Positions 38,606 to 51,400 of a stretch of DNA of 64,000 bases are shown piece by piece; the first letter of the stretch is position 1, and each line of letters opens with the position of its first letter. The DNA is taken from the NCBI GenBank assembly GCA_040954595.2, contig CM082598.2, positions 3,045,154 to 3,109,153 on the forward strand, in the 5' to 3' direction. Source of the DNA: Balanoglossus misakiensis (Eukaryota > Animalia > Hemichordata). The notes under the pieces were generated by a model. That model did not search any database and was not told where the DNA came from. It saw nothing but the letters and a program-made list of their open reading frames with translations. The position numbers and the translations under genes were made by a program.

Positions 38606-38710
38606 GCCAGACCATAGAACCCTCTACTGTCTATGGCCAGACCGGCTTCGTGCATACTGCACAGTAGAGCAGAACATGTTCAAGCATAGACATACTGTCT
38701 ATGGTTCAAG
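38606..38710. mobile_element. Two ultra-short CATAG...CTATG insertions with 7-bp direct flanking duplications
   Basis: GCCAGAC|CATAGAACCCTCTACTGTCTATG|GCCAGAC (38606-38642) and GTTCAAG|CATAGACATACTGTCTATG|GTTCAAG (38678-38710). Confidence 0.7.
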
Positions 38711-39183
38711 CCAGAAAAACACATTATTAGGCCTATATAACTAGTTGACTAGTAGCAAAACAAACATCGCCACTACTTGCTGCAGAACCGTAGCTAGAGG
38801 TTTTGGGGGGCATTGCGTATGGACGGCCAGTCAAGAGCTACATACATTGCAGATCCAACCCAGAAAGATAACAATGTATCACAAGTATCCCAGTGGGAAA
38901 TCTAAAGGTTATCCGTACTCCAATTATTGATACCAGGTCATATGGAACAACAATCACTCTTGGCGCTTTTTCTTTGATTTTACCGAAAACGGGTGACTTG
39001 TTTTTAGTGAATACGACATCTTTCGAAGTAAAAACCAGTTTAAGAAATCTTGAGATAGAAGGTGCCTACGCTAAAACAATGAATGTCCGCGACTACAAAG
39101 CAACCGCCATTCAACATTATGTAATAAATGGTAATTCGCCGCTATGTTCTCATTTCAGGCGGTTACCAATCGAATCATCAACC

Positions 39184-40830
39184 ATGCAAGCTAGCGGCGA
39201 AGGAAGTCCTGCCCACCATAGCAAGATAATGTGTGAAATTAACCAGTTACGTCAGAACAGTGTCCTGACAGATATCACCCTGCGTGCGGAAGATACAGCC
39301 TTCCCTTGCCATAGAGTCATACTGGCTTCCAGCTGTCCATACTTCCATGCTATGTTCTCGTCGAAGTTTTATGAAAGCCAACATACGCCCGGAAGTGTGA
39401 CTATCCACAACGTCACCGCGTCCGCCATGAAAGTAGTCCTGGATTTCATCTACACAGGGGTAGCCGAAATCACCAACGAGAACGTTCAGCAGGTGTTCAG
39501 CGCTGCCAGCCTCCTGCTTCTGCAGGATCTTGTTAACATGTGTGTTCTCCACTTGGAGGAAAACCTGGACTATGACAACTGCATTGGGGTGTATAAATTG
39601 GCCTCTGCCTATTCGTCTTCAGAGTGTTCAACCTTGAAAAGGAAGGCGTGGCTGCTTGCCGTCTTCAACTTGCCAGATGTGGCGCTAAGCGATGATTTCT
39701 TGCACCTCGGCGAGGAGGAGCTGAGACAGTATCTCCAAGAAGCCTGCCGCTACTTGGAGTCCTGTGACGCACTCGGTGGAGCTCTTCTCGCATGGTGGCG
39801 CTTTCATCCCGGCCGCCATCTTTGCAGAGTACTGAGAGGCCTGCGCCTTGAAGGTAAGATCACGAATTACATCTTCTCTCAGATTCCCTGCGACGACCCA
39901 AATGCAGTCACCAGGGAGAACCCGTCAGACCTGAACAACAATGGGGATTTCGCATTGAGTGAGGATATGTTGGTGCTGGTTGGGGGGTTTTCGTGCCGCG
40001 GACCCGGCTTGACATCTCGTCGAAATGATCGCTCAGTTGTATGTTATATTGGTGGCAAGAAACAGTGGTCTGATATCCCACAACTGCCGTGTACAGACGG
40101 AGGGGAGCTCACGTCTGCATCGCTTCACAACAACCTTATAGTGGTTTCCTCGCATAGTTCTGTCGCCTGGATGTATGACATCTCCCGGGGCACGTGGGCA
40201 GATGTAAAGGGTATTGGGGATCACCATCGTGGGTATTGCCTGCAGGCGTTCAAGGGATACCTCTATCGTGTTGGTGGGAGACCCAGCATCAGTTGTCCGT
40301 TCGGCGCTCAGGTCCTGAGCTACGACCCCGTACGTGATGTTTGGCAGGTCAGGGCGCCCATGGTCCACGCGGTGAAGATGCCAAGCGCTGTCGACTGCCG
40401 CGGGAAACTGTACGTCGTTGGGCAGCTCGGGGAAGACCTGGTCATCCAGAGTTGCCGGGGGGTCACTGAAGGGTGGAGCGTGGTCGCCAGCCTCAAGAAC
40501 AGCGGGCTCCATTTCCCAGTCTCCACGGCGTCCCTGAGAGACTCCATCTACATCATGTGCGGCAAGAGCACAAAGGCCCTGTGCTACACTCCCGGCAACG
40601 GCCTCTGCAGACCCATCGCGCCCATGAGCGCGCGTCGGCATGGCTACAGCGCCGTGGTGTCCAGAGGCAAAATACTGGTGTTCGGCGGCACCGTTGGGAG
40701 GATGGGCGTCAGAAGCGTGGAGGAGTATGACCCTGCCAGTGATACTTGGAACATCCTGGACACAATGCCATTTTCTCTGTCCTCGCACCAAAGTGTGAAA
40801 CTTAAGATTCTTAATCATCAGAAGTTGTAA
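39184..40830 (+). CDS. Kelch-like protein (BTB-BACK-Kelch), intronless CDS, ~548 aa
   Basis: BTB motif LTDITLRAEDTAFPCHRVILASSCPYFHAMF, BACK region NCIGVYKLA, and Kelch repeats (LVLVGG, LYRVGG...YDPVRDVW, ILVFGG...VEEYDPASDTW). The likely start is ACCATG at 39184, just after a catttcag acceptor at 39158. The upstream part of the 645-aa ORF is probably intron. Confidence 0.9.
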   Translation: MQASGEGSPAHHSKIMCEINQLRQNSVLTDITLRAEDTAFPCHRVILASSCPYFHAMFSSKFYESQHTPGSVTIHNVTASAMKVVLDFIYTGVAEITNENVQQVFSAASLLLLQDLVNMCVLHLEENLDYDNCIGVYKLASAYSSSECSTLKRKAWLLAVFNLPDVALSDDFLHLGEEELRQYLQEACRYLESCDALGGALLAWWRFHPGRHLCRVLRGLRLEGKITNYIFSQIPCDDPNAVTRENPSDLNNNGDFALSEDMLVLVGGFSCRGPGLTSRRNDRSVVCYIGGKKQWSDIPQLPCTDGGELTSASLHNNLIVVSSHSSVAWMYDISRGTWADVKGIGDHHRGYCLQAFKGYLYRVGGRPSISCPFGAQVLSYDPVRDVWQVRAPMVHAVKMPSAVDCRGKLYVVGQLGEDLVIQSCRGVTEGWSVVASLKNSGLHFPVSTASLRDSIYIMCGKSTKALCYTPGNGLCRPIAPMSARRHGYSAVVSRGKILVFGGTVGRMGVRSVEEYDPASDTWNILDTMPFSLSSHQSVKLKILNHQKL

Positions 40831-40866
40831 TTTTTTCAAAGAAAAGTTAATGACTTTAGGACTTAA

Positions 40867-41111
40867 AGCGCGTAGCTCGTCTCACACGCATGTTCCAACT
40901 GTAGCCGCTGGTTACAGACATTTAGTGAACAGTCAATCCCATCAGGCAGTGCTGACACAAGATGGCGGCGACCATAATCTGTGTCGGAGATCGGGAAAAG
41001 ACGCTAGCTTGGGTGAAAAGGAGGGACAAAACCAGAATCTACTTATACGGTGCGCATGAAATATGGAAGGAAGCGAAGTTACGCGCATGCGCGTGAGACA
41101 AGCTACCCGCT
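40867..41111. mobile_element. 245-bp MITE with TTAA target duplication (Kolobok/piggyBac-type target) just 3' of the kelch stop
   Basis: TTAA|AGCGCGTAGCTCGTCTCACACGCATG ... CATGCGCGTGAGACAAGCTACCCGCT|TTAA. The 26-bp terminal inverted repeats have 3 mismatches. Confidence 0.8.
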
Positions 41112-42043
41112 TTAAAGAGTGTTAACCTTTAATGTGTTGAGAGCGCCCTCAAGCGACGAACCTTTCAATTTCGAATTTTTCTGAATGCTTTCAATGTTCA
41201 GAAACTGATGACCTTGTGACGTCATTCTGAAGTTTTCTACCGTGTTCAAATCTTAAGCGGCCAATTTCATGAGCGATTTCGTCGTTGCGTTTTGTCAGAA
41301 CAAATAAGCTCTGATATTGATAAAGGTAATCTTGTATTTCAACAGAAAAACTTTTAACGCAGTAGATTGATGGAACTAGGTCAGAAACAGCATAGCGTTT
41401 AGTGCATGTCCAGACTTCATTTCGTCAAGACATTACTAACAAATCTCTGACTTCAAATCGTTAGCAATATAGCATACATTTAAAAGTCACGATAACGTTT
41501 GATTTTATAGAGATAAATTACCTAGAAGCAATTCTGATAAAAAGCCGGTGCACCATTTTAAACATATAAAATATTAGATGGCAAACAGTACTGTTGAAGC
41601 TTAAATATTTCAACTCAATGGACCTCGTTAGACGTAGGAAAATTTCACACAACGTGCGATGCTAAGTTGACTTAATTTTCGCTACATTTTGATTTATTGT
41701 TAGAACTTACATTAGTACAAGTGTTTTAATTTAACTAAAATATTTGCACATGACAAAATATATTGCCTGAAGTTTATTTTTACGCAAAATCGAACGTTTT
41801 ACGAGATGTGTTCAATATTTTTCTCAAGTGCCGGAAGTGGGTCGACGTCACGCTGCTTTCGGATGTATCCAGTTTTGTGATTTTCGCGCGCAGTTGCCAT
41901 GGGGAGGCTCTCGAGTTGAGCTGCACTTGAGAGGGGTAATGGTTAGTTGTAACTTCGCTACAAGGAATGTTACGCACAGTTGCTCTGGCCAACGTCACTG
42001 GTCTTTGATCACTGATAAACTAAATTCAGTTCGACCGTTTTTG

Positions 42044-42094
42044 CATACATACATACATACATACATACATACATACATACATACATACATACAT

Positions 42095-42133
<39 letters not shown>
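42044..42133. repeat. (ATAC)n(AGAC)n compound microsatellite
   Basis: Read directly. Confidence 0.95.
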
Positions 42134-45100
42134 TATACCCACGCGAAAAGAGCCTTGAAGTCTATCGACCCTCACGACGTCACGTTCGTTCGACGCGCTA
42201 TCTCCCGCTCTCCGTGACGTTCACAGATGACCTTCAGTGTTGATGCATTTTCCGTGTATGTAGCTTCCGTCTCTTTGTGTTTCCTGAGTAGACATACCGC
42301 GCAGACACTGCAAGGATGACGGAACTGTGACATTCGCTTTCCTCGAGTGAAGTTGAAGAAAAAATGGACGAATTTGATCACAAAGGCTTCGCTCTTTCTT
42401 CTTTTCACGTAAACTTCATTTTTTAAATAAATTGGACTAACGGGTACCGGAAGGTGTTTTTAAAAAGACGACGACACTTTCAAAGTCGTTGTTACAAGCT
42501 GTCATTCACAATTTATCGATGTGCGGTACGATTTGATAGTTTACATCACAGACGACTTATTGATAAAAGATTCCGCTGTGATGTTCTTCATAGGTTGCGA
42601 GCACTGCACTGCTGCGCGGTTGTTTGATTTTGTTCGTATATTCCGGTCGTCGCAATGATAATGCCGGCACGTCTGATTGTGGTAGTCGCGACTGTGTTTT
42701 AACTATAGTTACATAACGATAACCTTTTTTTATTTTGTCAATCCTGAATGGTTTAAATTGATTTTTTCTCCCTAAAATCATGTAAATTCTGACATGGCCA
42801 TCTTTGAATCAAAGTCCCTGGTCTTTCTACTCAGTGTATAGAAATGAATGATTGCGTGATTAATCTCTTAGCGCCGTCTCTCTGCACAAGCAACCAAGGG
42901 GTGGGGTGGGGTGGGTTGGGGAAGTGTAGGGTAGGGTAAGGGAAGGAAAGAGAAGGGGTGGGGACGGGTACTCCTTGCGTTTTCTTCAATATGGTTTCAA
43001 ATTAAAATCCACCTTGCCCCTTCGAGAGAACACACACGAGGTTCAATGACTTCCAACAGTCTCCTGTATTTTCGGCATTTGACACTTACCTGTTTTGTTG
43101 TCACTAGCAACCAAACAGTTATACCTTGCCGGCAAAGTCACTGATCAGTTTATCGCGGACGGCCACCGTCGCATTAAAAAAAATCATTGTTATGATTTGC
43201 GCACATAGGACCTATACGCGATGCGGTGGTTCGTAATTGCCATCTTAAGATCGCTATCGTTTTTATCATCATGTGCTTATTGAGTCGTTAGTCATCTCTT
43301 GCGTATGTAAAACGCCTAAGGTGAACGACTTCTTGGTCCCGAGCTAACGTGAAACTTTGAAACAAGACGTGTTAAAGGGACAAAGTCTCTCTCACACAAT
43401 TAAAAGAAATGACAATACTTTCAATTTTACTGATCGTACATCCTCAAAACAAGCAACATGACTGAAAAAAATTATAACAAAAATTACACTAAGTATTTTT
43501 TTCTGAATCGAAAACTACTCAAATTATAAAAATCGTAAAAAGGGTCATTTATCTTTAACTCTTTAGAAGTGGTGCGTGGTAAAAGACTTGAAAATTTGTT
43601 ATTTACTATATCCAGGAAAATATGAATGGCTTCTGAGTTTACACAGAGCTCTTGAGAATAGATTGATACAGAACGGATGTTAGACCAAAGTACAGCACAT
43701 GTCCAAATTTCAATGGTTGGCAACGTTGGCGCGCGGCGTATACGGACGCGTAACTATGTTGAATTACAATTGCAAGCGCGGATCTTAAACAGAGTTGGAA
43801 AAAAGTTAGAATACTCCAGCTGTTGGTCACGGCCGCAACGTACTTGAAACAGTCTCTAAACAACCCCCCCTCGCAGCAAATTGAAGATTCCGAACTCGTG
43901 TTATTGTATATAGCGCTGCGGTGGGGCCCAGCGTTTCACGCGGAGACTGTGCGGGCGCAGACGCCGAGACGCGAACTAGAGACACAGACCGACACTGCGA
44001 CAACTACACGGCACGATATCACGCAACGCGCTATTTGTTGTCCCCGCCTCGTCACAATGCTCTCAATTATGAAAATCTTCCCCTTTCCAGTTTATCGAAA
44101 AAATGTGTTTAGCGTGGAAAAGTGACATTTGAAATAAAACAAGCGCGAGTTGAGAGTTCTCGGAGTTTAGAACAGGCAGTCTGGCCGTCTGAAATAAATC
44201 GATACATCACAGTCGTACGTGCCAGTTTTCCGGAATCCGTATCGCTCGATCAGAATTCATTTTGGCACTCTAAAGTGCTTGCCGATTTTTTAGGGGGTAA
44301 ATATTCATTATCTAGCTTCCTTAAACCTTGTCTGCTTAGTCAATATTGAAATACCTCAGATGGAAAAGTGCATTTTCCATTGTGCCAAGCTTTTCTGTGT
44401 GCAGTGCAGTTCATATTTGTGTGCAAGAATCGTTGTGTACATTTGTGTACTTTAGTGAAAACTTTTCCAGTTACGAGTGAATTATAGCACTTTAAGAAGT
44501 TGTCGTCGATAAAGCAAATTCACCTAATCAGCACTAGACATGCGTGGTCGAAGGAAACCGTGCGCGCTTACGAGCGCCGGCGCGTGGGACGCAACACTTT
44601 CCGGAGACCCGCGCCATGTTCCATGACTCAATTTTTCCGCTTGCTCGAGACCGAACAAAAAAAGAGTCAATATAATGACGAGGCAGTCAGCGTTACAACT
44701 TCGACCCCGCATCCCAATCATCATTAATTTACGTAAATGGTTATTTCAGAGCATGGCTTGAACAAATATGGGTCGACCCATTCGAAAATAGGGATGGTCA
44801 GGCACTGGCGTCTTAAACTAGAAAACCTCAAACCAACTTGCACGCCGGTTATAATAAAGACTTGAATTAAAAGTCTTAGGAAAATTACTTTAAGATGCTT
44901 TGTTAATCAGAAAATAATACTTTCTACATTTAAAGGTCACAGGGTGAATTAGTTGAATCCATCCAGCGGCAGAAATTGGCTGGATTAGTTCCACTTGGAT
45001 GAAAATCTTTTCCTGTGATTAGTTGAGACTAAGGATAGACGGCTTTCTCCGTTTTGCTAGTAACAGTCCGACTCGGGTTCTTGCGCTGTGATGTTTGCAA

Positions 45101-45273
45101 GCAGATTTTCCCTTATTTTAGTTAACACCTCGCAATAAGCCCCGGTAAGTAGACGTTTTTCTACGCGGCCGGGTGATGAAGTCCACCCGCTTGGCTCGGG
45201 GAGATCTTTTCGTTTCGTCGAGGCGTCACCTGGTTGCAATGGTACAGCCCGCTTTCCAAAGAAAACCCGCGAA

Positions 45274-45281
45274 TATATAAA
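45274..45281 (+). promoter_or_regulatory. TATA box of TH
   Basis: TATATAAA in a CpG-rich region ~165 nt upstream of the ATG at 45444. Confidence 0.55.
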
Positions 45282-45443
45282 GATACGACGTTAACCACGG
45301 ATCGATCCATGTGTGAGCCAGCTGTGTGAGAAGGCTTTCGCGTTTCTTCCAACAGCCAGCGAACGAACAACAGGTGTCTAAGAAGTGATAGAAAACCCCC
45401 ACGGTACAAACCTATCGCACGCGCACGTGGTCTTTGGTCAAGC

Positions 45444-48400
45444 ATGTCTACAGGCAACATGAAACGTCCTCGGATCGGCTCGCAGAAGAGCAAAAGCATC
45501 GAGACAGCTATGGTAAGTCAACACGTTTCAGACCTCGAGTCTACATCACGTCAAAATGTGCCATTTCACTTTTCTCTTAGATTAATGCGTGTAGTTCCAG
45601 AGTTAAAAGAAAAAAATCGGCCCCGGGTCCGGGTCGACGCGTTACATAACTTTCCAATCAGCTGTAATCTTTGACTGCAAGCGCCTGGAATAAATCACGC
45701 CTTCGCGTCACTTTTCCGACGTTTATATTGTGATTGGTCTTATTAAAACCTTCTGTTTCAATTTCATTTGAAAAGAACATCTTTCGGAGGTTGCAATTTC
45801 TTGACTTGTGAAAAAATTGACGGGTATTGCATTCCTCTTATTGACGCTAATTGCCTCTATGTTGACAAGTCGCTAATTCGTGTAAACTCAAGGGTAAAAC
45901 GGTCATATTTTCTCTCCCGTTACGACGTGCCAAAATTCCGATCGTTGCGTGAACTTAACGAGAACTCAAGCAATTGATTATACATGCATTATATTATACT
46001 GTATAAATTTTGTACCATTTAACAATTAAGACAGAAATCTACATTCATCGAATTTCTTTCATCAATTAGATGTTTAATTTAATATTGCGTCAGTTATAGA
46101 TGGTTCAATTTTCCCCACGGCATTTAAATGAAGAAATTGGCTGTTTGCACATATTATGTAATATCTTCTACGAGTCTAATAACACGTGCGATTTTATTGG
46201 GGTCAGCAATGGCGTTGCAATGGAAAATAAACATAATTTGTAATAGTTGAATTATTATTAAGACATTTCGATAAAGTATTGCTTGGTTGGTAGTCGCGGG
46301 ATGGTGATATTTTATACTAAGTTTTCGGTTTAATGGTACACGATAATCACGGTTTAGATAGAAACAAAACTAAGGTGGTATACTTATCCTCTCATGTTTA
46401 AAGCTGAGAATTCCACACATTGAAAGCCGGCGTGCTGTTGCCATAACAACAGATACAGCTGTGATGTGGAGCAAGGTCTATTAACATGTCTCGACCGGCA
46501 GCGTGTGTGCTAAAGTTTTCCTAACATTTGGGCTTCATAGACTAGTTAGATTTAGGACTAAATATCGCCATTGGCGCAGGCACTACTCATCATGCCCATC
46601 TACTCCGTAACCAGCGCGCGTCGGTGCCTCTGTGTATGCGCGGAGAGACAGCGCACGCGCACGCACACACCCACCCAACGTGCGCCGCTGTCTCTGTCTC
46701 GCGTCTCTTTAGCCGGAGAAATTGACTTCAACTCCCATTTCTTGTGGCGCGTTCAGCTGAACCGTGGGCTGCCACAAGTCAATTTTCCACCACGACGCTT
46801 TCAATGGAAATTCAGTTAAAGCGCAGAGGAAACAGAAAATGAGTCAAATCTTCGACACAATGACTGTACTTACAGCCCAGTCCATTAAAGCGCAAGGAAG
46901 CAGTAATAACCCTGGAATCAAAAAAGTGCGAGACTGGTCAAGCAGACCGGAAATTCGACTGAAAACGGCTAATTTTAGACTTGTCTTACTAACTATTGAC
47001 GGATAGGCGCTATTTAGAGGGATCAAATTAAAGACTGATGCTGAACTGCGCTACTTGCATTGATAAATCGGACACACTGCTGAAAGAACGTGACTGCACG
47101 ATGAAATGTTCTATTAAATCTATTTTCTTGATTTTCTCATTTAAGGATAGGGAGAATATTTCAAGTAATTTATTGTAGAAAAATATGCGAAATTTGGCAG
47201 CTCATAGGGCTTTAACACGGAAGCTCAGAAATCATCAAATTATTGAGTGTCACTGTAGCACCGTATTTCACTTATAGTTTGAGCACTGAGAAAACCGAAC
47301 GTCGGCTAGACGCAATTACTATAGCTGCAACACCAACGACGATTGGCGTCTTTCGGGGAACGCAGCCTGCCGAGGAAATCTCGGCATTGCCGACGGAGAA
47401 TTTACAGTAATCTAATTTAGAATTAATTGAAATTGACGTGTATTGAAAGAAACCGGCTGGACCCAATTATTTTTCGCCGTTAGGGTTTGTTACAAACTGA
47501 CATTTTGAGCGCATTGTTTTCATGAATTTGTATGCATCTTAATTATCAGGCACTCATTAAAGCAATCCGGGCAGTTATTACTTGTGGCTCGGCGCGCTAA
47601 TAGTGTGGCCGGAGTATAGTAATATTGTTGCCATGGTATTCACTCAGGATTCAGCGCGGTGTTGCGTGCAGCGGGTTTGGTCCACACGGCAGCACGCTTT
47701 AGGCGCCTATATCCTGACAGGCCAAACTTCAAAGCAAACTGTTGCTGCTCCCATTCAGTAATGAGGTGAGACTAATTCTTTTCACGTGTACGCCCGAAGC
47801 CGTAGAATATTCCGATCGAGATGCGACTTCATATTGGACATAAACACTAAGGAATCATTCTTCATCGCTTGTTACACCCTCATTAGTATTCGTTGTCATA
47901 GCTTGGAAGCACCAACTTCTGGAAAAATCCGCGCGTTATTTAATTGACATATTAATCTTATTTTTTCAACAAAGAATTCTTCCTACTCTGAATAAATTGA
48001 ACAAGAAGACATTGTTGGTTTTTAATTTCAAAGCAATCCCCCATAACAGGAGGAATCAATGATTTGAACTGGCAAGGGAAGTTCAGAGAAATTCGATACA
48101 AATTTGTTGTTTTTTAATCAAGGGAAACACAATATACCTCTGAATATGGCTAGGTTATCCGTGTTTCTCACATGGCCAGGCAGCGTTGATTCTTGATGGA
48201 TTGCTTTTGAGAAACTAAAAACCCACCCTTGGCTTCTTTACACACTTAAGCAAGTCTCCATTTTGTAAGAGGACAATGTGACTACATTTGAGCGCACAAA
48301 ATTCGATATGCGATCAGGTAAAAACCCGAGGATTTATTTGCTCAGGAGTACAATAGAAATAAAATATCGTTTTCTGACAAATAACATTAAAATAGTATAC

Positions 48401-51400
48401 ACGCATACTCTTTGTACCCGCAATCCTTGAGAAAGGAACGCCCCGCTGTAAGACATTGATCGTCGATGGCGATGATCTGGGTTACCATAGCAACACAATA
48501 GCTGGAAGCAGAACTTCCTGGCCCCCGGGTCTGTGGTCGATTTGTGTTCTGTCTTCAGAAGGCGGGGGTAGCTAGCGTTGCGTGTTGGCTGAAATCTGTT
48601 GGAATTTGACGACGAGCTGTGAACAACAGTCAAGCTTAATGTGGTGGTACGCTCGCGCCTTGGGACAGATTTTCAGAAAATTGATAATTCTCATGGCGAC
48701 GTTTGATGTGACATTTTTCTTGCAACCGTCATTTACCACTGATGGCGTCACAAAACGTTGACGTCATTCGAAGTTTCTCCCAATTGCAACCGAGCGGTCC
48801 CTACTCCTGTGTTCGAAGTCATGATGGCGTAAATGCCACGGTTGAAACACTCATTTCCCGCTGAGCCCTCGCCATTTCTTTACCCTAAATTGACTGATGA
48901 TGGCCGAACGAGAATCAAGGGCCTTGGGGAAGTATGAGGGGAAGATAGAGCGACATTGTCATTTTTTTGACATTTTTTCTGTGCTTGTGATTTTTCAATA
49001 TTCAACTTATAAAGCTCAGGTATGATTATAATGTTTGTTATTATTAGCTGACGAAAAAGTGCTAAGACGGATAGTTTAGAGTTTGGTATTAAACATATGA
49101 CCCGTGGAAACGAAAATGCCAGGATGTAAGACACGCATGTTTGGTGTAAATCCCTGGGTGCTTAGCAAATCTAAGCTTCCTGGGCCGTCGCTACATTAAA
49201 TAGGCTTGCTACCTAGAAGAGTGAGTGCAGGTACGGTGTGCTGAGGGTTAAGTGCGTGGATTTCTCGTCGCGGGCGCCCGGCAACAGATAAGAGTCTCTC
49301 GCGGCACGTTGAGTACCGGGAACGAATAAGTTGATAGATGGAGCTATTCTGAAAAGCCTCTTAAATGTAACACAAGTTCAATGGATTCCGTCGGCATCAT
49401 TACGAGAATCAATAACTGAGGTTTCTTTAATTACTCCCGTCTTTACAAGCTCGAGTACAAATCAAATTTCCCGGTGCATACCCCAATGTATCGTTCCACT
49501 TCATTTTTCCATGGAATCGAAAATATTTCCCATATCGTTTCCACGATCGGATGTGAGTGTACGGGGAACTTATAGTGTGGTTTTACTTCAATTCAACAGG
49601 CGCAGTCATTTAAGTCGGTGCTGTCAAAGGCATTTTCTGTTTCCAACGACCGTGCCATTTGGCTAGACATGGCTGTCATTAATATCCATCGGAAACGGTT
49701 TATGATGAATATGGGACGTCACAAGTCGTTGAGTTTTTTTATAAGTGTGTGCCACATTATTTTTGGCCCGGAATTATGATGTCGAATTTCTTTGGTGGTG
49801 TTACAAGAAGATAACGAAGTTTGGCTAGCAATGTTATGTCCAATTCATCAAAATATTGATTGTATTGGTGAACAATGTGAGACATGTACTGTCTGATGGC
49901 GATTTTCTTATTAGCCGTCAGGGGTGTGGCATTTGTATAATAAAATTGATGAACTCTATTTTTAAATTTTACCGGAATTATTAATTGTACCGTTTTAGCC
50001 CAATACTATCACATCAAGACGTGGGTCATTGTAATACGACAAAAACAATATTAGTAGATTCTTCCTTCCGTGTAATTTTCTAAATCGAGATGATGACTTC
50101 GCTTTTGTTACTTGACGCGTCCGCGTGATCTTTTGTCGCCGTCGGCGTCGCGCGCGCGCGCGCCCACATGGATGGATTGCGTCAGTTCACCCCGCCGCCC
50201 TTTGCCTCACCCCTGTTATTTGCACTCGCAGTAGAATGTCAACAGCGGAACAACGCCTCTGGTTGTTTGTTCCTGCTGATAATTGGCCGATAGAATTTCC
50301 ACGCTCGCAGTATTGTCAAAACAAACGCCGACGTATTTGCCAACGATACCCGGCACCCAAACCACTTTATTGAAAATATCTGATTCGACGACGTTGCTGG
50401 GCCTTGCTCTACCATTCTCAGGCTGGTTGCATGCGAAATATACAGGATTCCCTACCCTAAGGGTGTTTGGGAAGATAGGCAAAATTTTACACATCTACGT
50501 CACAGATTCATAGCAAGATATTTGTTTTGGAGTTGTTTAACTGCATATCCACACCATCATTGAATACCTTATAGTACAGATACTGCTAAAATGGACTGCC
50601 ACAAAAAATCTAATGGTTAAAACCTTGTTAATTGCGGTTTGATTGCACTTCCGGTCTTATTTTAATTAGATATACCGTAACTGGAAATATTTAACTTGAC
50701 AATTAAAGTGTGACACAGTCGCATTCGTTGTTTAAATTGAATTAACGAGTAATAGTGGTCAAATATTGCCCTTTTGTGGAAGTTAGGTGCCATGTCAGCT
50801 TCGTTATTTGTAAGGTTCTCTGACTTAATGCACACTTACGATAGCTATCCAGTTCGTGTAGCCTCATTTGCCATGTTATAATACTTTGATCGAAGAGTGT
50901 ATTGGTGTAAATCGTTTCCACTATAATATTCCTGCGTCCAAGAAAGTATCGGTTACAGCCAACATTTCAAACCACTAAAGAACGCGGATAGATCAATTGA
51001 CGTGCCTTGTTTCTCGATAGATGGTGTGGAATATAAAATTAGAACACAAGATAAGCAATAGAAAAAGATCGATAGAAAACTTACAAGTGCAGACTCACAG
51101 TTTAAACACCTTGAACAAAGTGAAAATTGATCTAGATAAAAATAAGTTCAATGAGTTGCTCTGCTTAAACCATGTCACATACAACACGAAATAATAGGAC
51201 GTCTTGCTACCCGGCGTTTACGCCCTATACGTCAATTTATTTATTTTTGTTACTTGACAAATTCTGTGCTTCAAAGTAAAAAGTTAAGGATCGAAAATCG
51301 GTGTTATTTTGTCATCTCACTTGTAAAATCTCCATACTGGTGCAGGCTGTATAACATTTGACCCAAATCAATATCAATCCGCTGCTTGAAACCTCCCAAA

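Noticed and set aside
38893-39183. N-terminal 97 aa of the 645-aa kelch ORF
   Set aside because: It starts at GTG and precedes a good splice acceptor and an ACCATG. It is more likely intron or UTR open by chance.
40033-40839. 268-aa minus-strand ORF
   Set aside because: Antisense shadow of the kelch CDS.
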